The notes under the pieces: generated by a model
What the model was told of the DNA's origin: nothing
Database searches by the model: none
The model's input: only the letters and a program-made list of their open reading frames with translations
NCBI GenBank assembly: GCA_902594515.1
Contig: CACJML010000002.1
Span: forward strand, 911-64,910
From: an uncultured SAR86 cluster bacterium
Lineage (GTDB): Bacteria > Pseudomonadota > Gammaproteobacteria > Magnimaribacterales > D2472
Length of the DNA stretch: 64,000 nt
Direction of reading: 5' to 3'
Shown here: positions 12,325 to 21,000 of the stretch, in pieces
How positions within the stretch are numbered: position 1 is the first letter of the stretch
Layout: every line of letters starts with the position of its first letter
Made by a program: the position numbers and the translations under genes

Positions 12325-13556
12325 GTTTTAACCTTAATTAGTATAAGACCACCCAAAACAAATAAGACTGCGATTGGAATTAACCCATAAGAAGCACTGT
12401 CAAAAGTTGATACAAAAATTGCCACTAGTAATGGACCAAGAAATGCTCCTGCCCTTCCAAACATATTATAAAAACCAAAAAACTCGCCTGCTGATTTTAT
12501 AGGGATAATTTTTGCAAATAGGCTTCTTGAGACAGCTTGAATACCTCCTTGTATTGAACCTACCATGCATGCCATCACATAAAATTCTGTAGCATTAGAG
12601 AGAGATACCGAATAACTAACCAAGGCAAGATATCCAAGAATATTTACATACAACACATTCTTTTCTCCCTTTTTTTCTGCAATATATGACCATGCAATAG
12701 TTGATGGGAAGGCAACAAACTGAACTAAGATAAGCCCTATGATTATTGATGAGCTTTCAAGATTAAGATTCAGAGCAAAATCTGAAGCCATAGCCATGAC
12801 AGTATGAACACCATCAATATATAAAAAGAATGCTATTAAAAAAATAAAGACATTTTTCTCAGCCTTAATTTTACTCAAGGTAGCAATATTTTTTTTAATT
12901 GATTTAAGTAAGACGTTACTTTGCGGTTCTATAACTGGAACTGAAACATTTTTAATAATTGGTATTAAAAAGAGTGCCCACCAAACTCCTACGGACATAA
13001 ATGACCATTTTACTGCCTCAGTAGAATCAGCTAGACCAAAAATTTCCGGTTGAAGGGTCATGATTGCGTTAATTAGGAAAAGAAAACCTCCACCCAAATA
13101 ACCTATTGCATAACCATATCCTGAGACTCTACCAATATCAACTGGGTCAGCTACCAGCAATAACAACTTATCATAAATTACGTTCCCAGCAGCAAAACAA
13201 TAGTTTGCGAGACCAAAAAATATTAACGGATACAACCAATCGCCCGCCTCAAATGTATAGAGCAATAAAACGCATACAATTCCAAGAATTGTTAAAGTAA
13301 TAAAAAATGTTTTGGTGGCATTCGAGAAATCAGTTATTGCTCCGATTATGGGAGCAGTAAAAAGCAAAATAAGATTCGAAATTGTGAGGCCATAACCTAA
13401 GTATGCTGTAGCTGTTAAATTATCAATTCCTTGCGTCCAATATTCTTTAAAAAAAATTGGGAAAAAGGCAGCAAGAACAGTTGTAGCAAATGCAGAATTT
13501 CCAGCATCATATGCAATCCATGACTTTGCTGGAATTGAAAGCTTAGACTCTTTCAT
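12321..13556 (-). CDS. MFS transporter, UMF1/Atg22-like
   Basis: Polytopic. N-terminal SWIAYDAGNSAFATTVLAAFFPIFFKEYW is typical of UMF1. Start taken at MKESKL (13556) rather than the track start 13604. Confidence 0.75.
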   Translation of the reverse strand: MKESKLSIPAKSWIAYDAGNSAFATTVLAAFFPIFFKEYWTQGIDNLTATAYLGYGLTISNLILLFTAPIIGAITDFSNATKTFFITLTILGIVCVLLLYTFEAGDWLYPLIFFGLANYCFAAGNVIYDKLLLLVADPVDIGRVSGYGYAIGYLGGGFLFLINAIMTLQPEIFGLADSTEAVKWSFMSVGVWWALFLIPIIKNVSVPVIEPQSNVLLKSIKKNIATLSKIKAEKNVFIFLIAFFLYIDGVHTVMAMASDFALNLNLESSSIIIGLILVQFVAFPSTIAWSYIAEKKGEKNVLYVNILGYLALVSYSVSLSNATEFYVMACMVGSIQGGIQAVSRSLFAKIIPIKSAGEFFGFYNMFGRAGAFLGPLLVAIFVSTFDSASYGLIPIAVLFVLGGLILIKVKT

Positions 13557-14568
13557 AAAATGCAATTCCTTCACTGATATTTCTTGAAACCAAACCTCTC
13601 TCAATTAAACAATTAAGATGAGCTATTGATTCACCAGTAGCCATTAGGAAGTTGCTATCATCAATTTCTCGTTTGAATAAGACAGGGAATACATCAACAG
13701 ATCGTTTTGGAGTGGTAAGAAATTCTTCAAGTTTACTCAAAGACTCTTCGTGGTGATTAATGATGGTCTTTAATCTTTTGTGAGCTCCAAGAAAAGGTCT
13801 GCCGTGCGCAGGAAGCACTAAGACATCTTCGGGTACAAAATCAATCAATCTTTTACAAGACTCTAACCAGTCATCTAATGGATTGGCATTAGGTTCAGTT
13901 GGAAAGACGCCCACATGAGAAGTAATTTTTGGCAATAACTGATCGCCAGAAATAAGTAAATTTTTAGCTTTAGAAAACAAACAAATATGCTCCATTGTAT
14001 GGCCTCTTCCCTCGATACATTGCCATTCATCTCCAGCAATAGAAATCATATCGCCGTGTTTTATTCGATTATAAGCATCAGGAAGTTTGTGAATAATGGA
14101 ACCAAAAAAGCCAAATCTCTCAATATAATTTTTTATTTGTTTTTCAGATAGCCCAGCTTGTGTATAAAAATCAATTGCTTCATGTGGCACATATTCACCG
14201 GTATCTGCAGCAAGAAGTCTACACTGCAGATAATCAGTTCTACTCATACACAAAGGTACATTAAATTTTTTAACAAACCATCCTGCAAGACCAATATGAT
14301 CAGGATGCATATGCGTTACGATAAGTTTTTTTATATCTATTTTTTCTTTGCTTATTAAATCGGTCCAAGCAGACTTTACGTCATCTAAAAACATTCCAGT
14401 ATCCACAAGCGTTGCCTGATCATTTGAACCTATTAACCATAGATTGATATGATTTAATGACATGGGAAGAGGCATTCTTACCCAATGGAGTTCATCATTA
14501 ATTGAATACATAGTTCCATTCTTCGGAACGGTATCAATAGGAAACTCTAATCTTGTATCTGGATTCAT
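13543..14568 (-). CDS. MBL-fold metallo-hydrolase
   Basis: 341 aa with the THMHPDHIGLAG metal-binding motif. Confidence 0.8.
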   Translation of the reverse strand: MNPDTRLEFPIDTVPKNGTMYSINDELHWVRMPLPMSLNHINLWLIGSNDQATLVDTGMFLDDVKSAWTDLISKEKIDIKKLIVTHMHPDHIGLAGWFVKKFNVPLCMSRTDYLQCRLLAADTGEYVPHEAIDFYTQAGLSEKQIKNYIERFGFFGSIIHKLPDAYNRIKHGDMISIAGDEWQCIEGRGHTMEHICLFSKAKNLLISGDQLLPKITSHVGVFPTEPNANPLDDWLESCKRLIDFVPEDVLVLPAHGRPFLGAHKRLKTIINHHEESLSKLEEFLTTPKRSVDVFPVLFKREIDDSNFLMATGESIAHLNCLIERGLVSRNISEGIAFYERV

Positions 14569-14681
14569 TGTTTTCTATGATTAACTTATGGGAGAGGATA
14601 GAAAAACTATTATTAATCTTAGTGGGTTCATGATTGGTATTGGTGCTTTAGTATTACTGCTGGGTATTTTAGCAGGTTTAA

Positions 14682-15311
14682 TTACCTAACTTTAATATTT
14701 GGTGCTTTTGCGTCACCTCTAAGAGATTTTAAAAACTCGTTAGCTTTAACGGGTGCCTGCACATCACTGTACCGATCGTAATTTTCTTCCCAAAATTCTT
14801 TCCATGTCGGAAATAGATCATGAAAATAGCCCTCATAAGGCTCCTGATTAGGCCATCGCATTTTATTCTTACCAATTGGAGGTTTATTTAAATCGGTTGC
14901 ATACCAATACATAGGCAATCGTTTTTGAAATAGCCATTCTCCGGCGACTCTTGAATACACATCCCAGTAAAGCATTTGCATGATCACCCATTCATCATTG
15001 GTTTCGTGCTCATTTTTTGAATAGACCAATCCAATTGCATTATCAGAATCTAAAAACTCAATAATATGATTACCGATGTGATGGGATGTACCTTTAAATT
15101 GATCTCTAAAGGTTTTATCAGCCCAAGCTTTTAATGCTTGCCTGCCTTGATCTGATTTGCCCACCTTAACGTCAGGAACAAAGAGATTTACATGCATATC
15201 CAGTGCACGCATATCTAAAGAGACCGCATATTTTGAGGCGAGTTGTCTTATCTGGTCCAACGACTCCAATCGATCAATTCTTTCTTCTAGATTACTCATC
15301 CTGGAGGCCAA
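14682..15311 (-). CDS. NTF2-like / SnoaL_4 family protein
   Basis: 209 aa. N-terminal helix LEERIDRLESLDQIRQLASKY and TSHHIGNHII core. 16-nt overlap with the upstream HIT gene. Confidence 0.65.
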   Translation of the reverse strand: MASRMSNLEERIDRLESLDQIRQLASKYAVSLDMRALDMHVNLFVPDVKVGKSDQGRQALKAWADKTFRDQFKGTSHHIGNHIIEFLDSDNAIGLVYSKNEHETNDEWVIMQMLYWDVYSRVAGEWLFQKRLPMYWYATDLNKPPIGKNKMRWPNQEPYEGYFHDLFPTWKEFWEENYDRYSDVQAPVKANEFLKSLRGDAKAPNIKVR

Positions 15312-15634
15312 CTAAAAACTCTTCCGCTCAAGATATGTAAGTGTAGATGAAATACACTTTGACCTGCTTTGGCACCATTATTAACCACTACGCGATATGC
15401 ATCCTCAATATTTAATTGACGTGCAATTTCACCTGTGACCCACATTAAATGCCCCAAAATATCTTTCTGAGAAGAATCTGCATCAGAAAGCTTGGGAATA
15501 TGAGTTTTTGGAATTACCAAAATGTGGGTGGGAGCTTGCGGGTTAATATCTTCAAAAGCCAATGCAATCTCATCCTCATAGATTATATTTGCAGGGACCT
15601 CTCTATCAATTATTTTTAGAAAAAGATCATCCAT
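15296..15634 (-). CDS. hinT: histidine triad (HIT) nucleotide-binding protein, HinT-like
   Basis: 112 aa with the HLHLHIL triad and typical HinT length. Confidence 0.88.
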   Translation of the reverse strand: MDDLFLKIIDREVPANIIYEDEIALAFEDINPQAPTHILVIPKTHIPKLSDADSSQKDILGHLMWVTGEIARQLNIEDAYRVVVNNGAKAGQSVFHLHLHILSGRVFSWPPG

Positions 15635-15636
15635 TT

Positions 15637-15825
15637 CTAAAAGAGTATTCTAAAAAGACGCCAAGCAACGAAAATAACCAAGACGGTCAAACCAAGAGAA
15701 AGAGTCACCACAAGAAAATCTTTAACAAGATTTAAAAAAGTATTATTTTTGTTTGCCTTAAGTAGCTGAGTTACTAGAAATAAAATGGCTACCAAAGTAA
15801 GTGTTGCAATAATTAATGTGATCAT
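15637..15825 (-). CDS. small membrane protein (62 aa, 2 TM), hypothetical
   Basis: 4-nt overlap with the upstream DedA gene. Two hydrophobic helices. Confidence 0.45.
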   Translation of the reverse strand: MITLIIATLTLVAILFLVTQLLKANKNNTFLNLVKDFLVVTLSLGLTVLVIFVAWRLFRILF

Positions 15826-16328
15826 TCAAATATACTTCCCACTGATATTACCAACAATATTAGAGCGATACCCCAGGCTAAGCAAGCTACTACATCAGCT
15901 CTATAAAATTTAATTGAATTAAGATCTGTGATGCCCAACAAAAAAGGTGTTAAAGGTCTAATTGCTGGGATAAATCTTCCTAAGATAACCGTATATGGAC
16001 CAAACCTATCCAAGAAATTTTCTACTCTATTAATGGCCTTTTGTCGCTTTTGAAAAAACTTTAAGTTAATTACATTGGGACCAATGGTTTTACCCAGAAA
16101 AAAACCTGCTAAATCACCAAGATGAGCTCCAATTACTGCAACTGAGGCAATGATATAAATTGACAAAATATCAGTGTTATATAAATAAATACATATTGAA
16201 AATAAAATGGCACTTGGTAAAAAAGCCCCAGTAATAATCATTGATTCACCAAATGCAAAAGCAAAAACCAAAAGCCACGCATATTCAGGATTTAAACTAA
16301 GGTACTCCTGGATTTTTTCAAGTGACAT
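15822..16328 (-). CDS. DedA/VTT-domain membrane protein
   Basis: 168 aa. FGESMIITGAFLP and GRFIPAIRPLTPFLLG motifs. Confidence 0.75.
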   Translation of the reverse strand: MSLEKIQEYLSLNPEYAWLLVFAFAFGESMIITGAFLPSAILFSICIYLYNTDILSIYIIASVAVIGAHLGDLAGFFLGKTIGPNVINLKFFQKRQKAINRVENFLDRFGPYTVILGRFIPAIRPLTPFLLGITDLNSIKFYRADVVACLAWGIALILLVISVGSIFE

Positions 16329-16330
16329 TA

Positions 16331-17065
16331 TTATTTACTAAAAAAGGCTTGGACAGCTTTTATGTTTTCATCGGATGCATAAAGTTTTTTCATGGCCGCG
16401 TCTTCAAGATCTCTACTTAATTGAATTGAAGGTTGCATAAACTTTTTCAGAATTTTTTTTGTTTCTACCAAGGATGATGTTGGTTTCATTGATAGCTCAT
16501 TCGCTTTTTCTATGGCCTTATTTAGAGGATCCTTGCAGATATCGGTTACTAGACCAAGATCACTATATTGTTTTGCATTTATCCATGATGAAGTAGTTAG
16601 CACATCAAAGCTCTTCTGATAGCCCAGTTGGTCAAACAACAAGTATGAGCTTCCAAGTTCAGGTACTAACCCTAATTCAGCAAATGGATACTTCAATTTA
16701 AAATCTTCATCGATGAAAACATAATCAAAATGAAGCAATATTGTTGCTCCTCCACCGACTGCCCTCCCTGATGCAGCAGCAATAAGTGGCTTTGAAAAAT
16801 TTATTAAAGCATCGATGCAATTATTGAATGGGCGCTCATAGTCAGAACCCCCCTCTCCAACCATGCTCTCAAGATCTACTCCAGATGAAAAGTTCCCACC
16901 TTCACCTGTAACTATTACAGATTTAATTGATGCGTCTTGATCAGCATGATTTAAGCCATCAGCAAAAAGTTGCCATAGTTCTGCATCAAAAGCATTAATT
17001 TTTTCCGGACGATTAAACTTGAGAATACGAACTGCATTTGCAGACTCTATTAGTAATTTACTCAT
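16331..17065 (-). CDS. enoyl-CoA hydratase/isomerase family protein
   Basis: 244 aa crotonase fold with GEGGNFSSGVDL. Confidence 0.8.
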   Translation of the reverse strand: MSKLLIESANAVRILKFNRPEKINAFDAELWQLFADGLNHADQDASIKSVIVTGEGGNFSSGVDLESMVGEGGSDYERPFNNCIDALINFSKPLIAAASGRAVGGGATILLHFDYVFIDEDFKLKYPFAELGLVPELGSSYLLFDQLGYQKSFDVLTTSSWINAKQYSDLGLVTDICKDPLNKAIEKANELSMKPTSSLVETKKILKKFMQPSIQLSRDLEDAAMKKLYASDENIKAVQAFFSK

Positions 17066-17859
17066 TTGCCTTTAAATTTAGGCTTTCTTTTTTCAGCGAA
17101 TGCAGTCAATCCTTCAACTGTATCTTCACTCATAAATACAGGCTCACCAATTTCTAGCTCCTTCGCTAAAGCTTCAGATTCATGCAGACTTCCATCAAAC
17201 TCCCTGAGGGATTGAGTGATGGCTTTAATGGATAAAGGTGCATTTTCTGAAACTGTCATAGCAATTTCTTTTGCTTTCTCTAATGCTTTACCATCCTCAA
17301 CTATGTGACCAATCAAACCAAATCTGAGCGCTTCATCAGCACTTACTCTTCTTCCTGTTAAGAGCATTTCTGCAGCAAGAGTATAGGGGATTTGTCTTCT
17401 TAGCCTGATTGTTGATCCACCTAAGGGGAAAAGCCCTCTTAGTGGCTCAGTTAGACCAAAAGTAGATGACTTTCCGGCTACTCTTATGTCAGTTCCTTGA
17501 AGAATCTCAGTGCCGCCTGCAAGAGCAAAACCTTCAATTGCAGCGATGATAGGTTTGTTGGGACGATTATGTCTCAGCAGAGCTTGCCAATGCAGGTCTG
17601 GAATCTCCTTGAGTTTTTCCATCATTGCAGAATCTTCATTTCCATCTTTCATTGCTGACAAGTCAGCTCCAGAACAAAAAGTACCCCCAGCACCTGTTAG
17701 GATTGCGCAACGCAAGTTATCATCTTCATCAAGCTGTCTCCAAGCTTCATAAACCGTTACTAACATCCCAGGACTTAGGGCATTTCTTTTTTCAGGACGA
17801 TTTAGGGTAATGACTAGAATATGCCCATCCTGTTCAACTATTGCATGATTTTTATCCAT
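17062..17859 (-). CDS. enoyl-CoA hydratase (crotonase family)
   Basis: 265 aa. GAGGTFCSGADL and AAIEGFALAGGTE. Confidence 0.82.
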   Translation of the reverse strand: MDKNHAIVEQDGHILVITLNRPEKRNALSPGMLVTVYEAWRQLDEDDNLRCAILTGAGGTFCSGADLSAMKDGNEDSAMMEKLKEIPDLHWQALLRHNRPNKPIIAAIEGFALAGGTEILQGTDIRVAGKSSTFGLTEPLRGLFPLGGSTIRLRRQIPYTLAAEMLLTGRRVSADEALRFGLIGHIVEDGKALEKAKEIAMTVSENAPLSIKAITQSLREFDGSLHESEALAKELEIGEPVFMSEDTVEGLTAFAEKRKPKFKGK

Positions 17860-17861
17860 AT

Positions 17862-19007
17862 TTATTTCTTATTACTTACTATCCACATTGCAAAAAATTG
17901 GGCTGCGCCTCCATAAGCATGACCCATCGCAACATTAGCACCATCTACTTGATGATTACCAGCTTGATTTGTGACCTGAAGACAAGCTTCACCAAATCGA
18001 ATCATACCAGAGGCCCCTATAGGATTGGATGAAAGAACTCCTCCAGACATATTAAATGGAATGTCTCCTTCAATTTCAGTAGCGCCTCTTTCAGTTAATT
18101 TCCAGCCCTCACCTAAATCACAAAAATGTAAATTTTCAAGCCACATAGGCTCATACCATGAAAATGGTACATATATTTCAGCGCAATCTATTTCCTTAAA
18201 TGGATTAGTAATCCCTGCTTGATCATAGATATCTTTTGCGCAATCTTGACCACCCTGTGGATTAACCTCATCTCTTCCAGCTGATAAAGTTCCCTCTGAA
18301 CGAACAGCCATGCCTTTTATCCAAGCAGCATTCCTGCTTTCAGCCAATTTTTTATTTGAGATTACCATTGCACATGCACCGTCTGAGGATGGACAACTCT
18401 CTAGATATCTAAGGGGTTCCCAAAGCATAGGAGTTTCTGCAACCATGTTTTCGTCTATACCAGGAATTTGTAAATGAGCTAATGGATTTTTTAAAGCATT
18501 TAATCGATCCTTAACAGCAACTTTCCAGCCAATATTTTCAGGAGCATCATATCTTCTAATGTACTCTCTCATATACGGAGCAAAATATCCTCCTGCTCCG
18601 GCATTAATATGTGGTGAATATGGATACTTAGGTGATAAAGCCCAAGTAGCATTTGATTCTGACTGTTTTTCATAAGTTACTGTTAGTACCGTATCAAAGT
18701 TGCCTGAACAAACATGAGAAGCAGCAATAACAGCAGTGCTTCCTCCAACACTACCTGCCGTATGAACTCTTAACAAGGGCTTTCCATTTGCTCCAATTGC
18801 GTCAACAAGTGAAAGCTCTGGCATCATGACACCCTCAAACATATCAGGTGCCTTCCCTAAAATGACTGCATCAATTGCATCCCAGTCTACATCAGCAGCG
18901 AGCATGGCTTTATCTATTGCTTTTCTTACAAGACCGCCCATAGAAACATCACGCCTTTTTGCTTCATACTTTGTTTGACCAACTCCTAATACTGCTGCTT
19001 CAATCAT
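17862..19007 (-). CDS. thiolase-fold protein, SCP-x/Ltp-like, apparently lacking the canonical Cys nucleophile
   Basis: 381 aa with thiolase-like overall pattern. It has RVHTAGSVGGSTAV where the C-[AS]-S-G nucleophile is expected, SNPIGASG where GHP[LI]GA[ST]G is expected, and GHAYGGAAQ near the C-terminus. Confidence 0.65.
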   Translation of the reverse strand: MIEAAVLGVGQTKYEAKRRDVSMGGLVRKAIDKAMLAADVDWDAIDAVILGKAPDMFEGVMMPELSLVDAIGANGKPLLRVHTAGSVGGSTAVIAASHVCSGNFDTVLTVTYEKQSESNATWALSPKYPYSPHINAGAGGYFAPYMREYIRRYDAPENIGWKVAVKDRLNALKNPLAHLQIPGIDENMVAETPMLWEPLRYLESCPSSDGACAMVISNKKLAESRNAAWIKGMAVRSEGTLSAGRDEVNPQGGQDCAKDIYDQAGITNPFKEIDCAEIYVPFSWYEPMWLENLHFCDLGEGWKLTERGATEIEGDIPFNMSGGVLSSNPIGASGMIRFGEACLQVTNQAGNHQVDGANVAMGHAYGGAAQFFAMWIVSNKK

Positions 19008-20058
19008 TAATTTTCTCTAAATGAACTAACATGTTCTGTTGAAGACATGGGCCTGAGGATGCATGAGCAAGCCCATTATTAAAGTCGTTATTTTTTAACA
19101 ATTCAAATGATTTACCAATGGAGTCTAAACCAGCCGCCATCATGACATTGCCAGCCAATGGGCCACCGGAAAGGTTGATATCTATATTACCAAGATCAAG
19201 TAGACCCCTTATGAACGGAATTTCGTAAGTAAATTGGGTATGCAATTCAGCGAAGTCAAGCTCAAAGCTTTTGAGGTTTATTTTTTTTCCAAGCCCAATA
19301 ATACTTTCTGATGTCGAGAGATCTCTAGCTCCAAAATTCGATGTTTCGATGGAATGATGAACACTAGAAATCTTTATTTTTTGTAGTCCAAGTTTTGCAG
19401 CTGCTTCCTCAGTACCAATAATCATTGCAGATGCTCCATCAGAAATTGGAGCACAATCAAAAGCTGATAAAGGAGAAGAAAGGTAATCAGCTGTGAGGTA
19501 GTCATCTTCACTGGGCATGGCTGTAACTAATGCATTAGGGTTATTTTTTGCATTTGAAATAGATTGAGTTAATGCCTCATACATATCTTTCTTTGTTAGC
19601 AATCCTTTTTTCATAAGTAATTGTGCTTGCAGTGCAGCCAATGAGGTTTTATCAGGCCACAAAGGAGACATGTAATATGGATCAGTTTGTAAAGTACTTA
19701 CAAAAGGTAGATCACCGGGTGATGATTTTCCAAAACCATAAATTAATGCTGTTTCGGCATCTCCCATTTGAATCTTTAAAATGGATTCATATAAAGCCCA
19801 TGCTGCATCCATTTCAACATGTGATTCTTTTATCGGTGGATTAGTTTGAATAGCTGACAAACCCTCAACAAATGCAAAGGCAGCTCCTTGTAAATAGTCG
19901 CAACTTCCAGAACAAGTAAAACCTATATCATTTTGTGTAAATCCTGTTTGCTTAAAAACCTGATGAACAACAGGCATAATAAGCTCAACTTCATTGGCTG
20001 CTTTTGCATCAGCAACAATGGGATTTTGGGCATAAGCTAGTATGTATATATCTTTCAT
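19000..20058 (-). CDS. thiolase-fold protein (second, divergent subunit), catalytic residues apparently absent
   Basis: 352 aa. VEMDAAWAL sits at the nucleophile position and NLSGGPLAGNVMMAAG at the His-loop position. 8-nt overlap with the next gene. Confidence 0.6.
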   Translation of the reverse strand: MKDIYILAYAQNPIVADAKAANEVELIMPVVHQVFKQTGFTQNDIGFTCSGSCDYLQGAAFAFVEGLSAIQTNPPIKESHVEMDAAWALYESILKIQMGDAETALIYGFGKSSPGDLPFVSTLQTDPYYMSPLWPDKTSLAALQAQLLMKKGLLTKKDMYEALTQSISNAKNNPNALVTAMPSEDDYLTADYLSSPLSAFDCAPISDGASAMIIGTEEAAAKLGLQKIKISSVHHSIETSNFGARDLSTSESIIGLGKKINLKSFELDFAELHTQFTYEIPFIRGLLDLGNIDINLSGGPLAGNVMMAAGLDSIGKSFELLKNNDFNNGLAHASSGPCLQQNMLVHLEKIND

Positions 20059-20558
20059 TCTTTAAATTTAAATACTGAAGGATCAACATCATCTTCACCG
20101 GTTGGCTTAAACCATTTGATATTTTCTAGAGTAGTGCCCCAATCAGATTTATCCTTCCAAACAGCCTGTACTCGCATCCCAATCCTAATATCTGCTAAAT
20201 CAATTTCTTGGATTAAATGTAAAAAAGAAATATCAGCACCATCTAAACGAATCATTGCAGAAACATAAGGCGGAACTATTGGATTACCAGGAATAGGAAT
20301 ATGAACAATGGTAAAAGATTCTACTGCTCCAGTATCTGGTAATTCCAGTTCCTCTTCTGTAGCAACACCACATCTTGGACAGCTTCCTCGAGGCGGAACG
20401 TATACGGCACTACATTTTGGACATTTTTGAGCAACCAGTTTTCCTTCTGCAACTTTATTTAAAAATCTAGTTGTAGCATTGCCAGCCGTATACTGATAGC
20501 TAAGTGATATATCAGAAACAAAAAAATCTTTTTTTTCTTCAGTCATCGATAATCTCAA
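20055..20558 (-). CDS. DUF35 OB-fold protein with intact zinc ribbon
   Basis: 167 aa. CPKCSAVYVPPRGSCPRCG rubredoxin-like ribbon followed by an OB-fold. Confidence 0.8.
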   Translation of the reverse strand: MRLSMTEEKKDFFVSDISLSYQYTAGNATTRFLNKVAEGKLVAQKCPKCSAVYVPPRGSCPRCGVATEEELELPDTGAVESFTIVHIPIPGNPIVPPYVSAMIRLDGADISFLHLIQEIDLADIRIGMRVQAVWKDKSDWGTTLENIKWFKPTGEDDVDPSVFKFKE

Positions 20559-21000
20559 AGTATTTAATGTCTCTGATGGTTTGCGTTTTTTCTTGATTCC
20601 AAATCACTTTTACTCTCTTGCCAATTTCAAGTTCCTCTTCTTTGCAATTAGCTATCATATGAAGCATGGCTGAATTAGTACCATCCATGGAGATCAAAGC
20701 AAAGGCAAAAGATTCTTTTATAAGATGATGAGCTCTAGGTTTTTCAATCCATGTATATGACTGAACCACTCCCTCATTTTTGACTTCAACAAATTCGCTT
20801 AAATGCTCAGAATCTTTTGGATCAAATTCAGCTGCCGGCACAAAAATTTCACCCTTAGAGTTTTTAGTGCCAACCAAAACCTCATTAGATAATTCTTCAA
20901 AAAATTTTCCAATTACCGGTCCTGGAGATCGTTCATAAGGATATTCAAGCTTAAATGAAGCTCGCAATAATTCTTTATCTGCGGATTTAGTCATTCTCAA
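20539..21000 (-). CDS. DUF35-like OB-fold protein lacking zinc-ribbon cysteines
   Basis: 153 aa. Same length and OB-fold C-terminal pattern as its neighbour, but with no CxxC pairs. Confidence 0.55.
   Translation of the reverse strand: MRMTKSADKELLRASFKLEYPYERSPGPVIGKFFEELSNEVLVGTKNSKGEIFVPAAEFDPKDSEHLSEFVEVKNEGVVQSYTWIEKPRAHHLIKESFAFALISMDGTNSAMLHMIANCKEEELEIGKRVKVIWNQEKTQTIRDIKYFEIIDD

Noticed and set aside
14588-14686. 32-aa hydrophobic ORF (MGEDRKTIINLSGFMIGIGALVLLLGILAGLIT) in the 113-nt gap after the MBL hydrolase start. A 22-aa ORF lies at 45925-45993 after ggt.
   Set aside because: Both are very short, have no SD, and lie on the opposite strand to the surrounding long arrays or in a terminator-proximal spacer. 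They cannot be distinguished from chance ORFs without comparative data.
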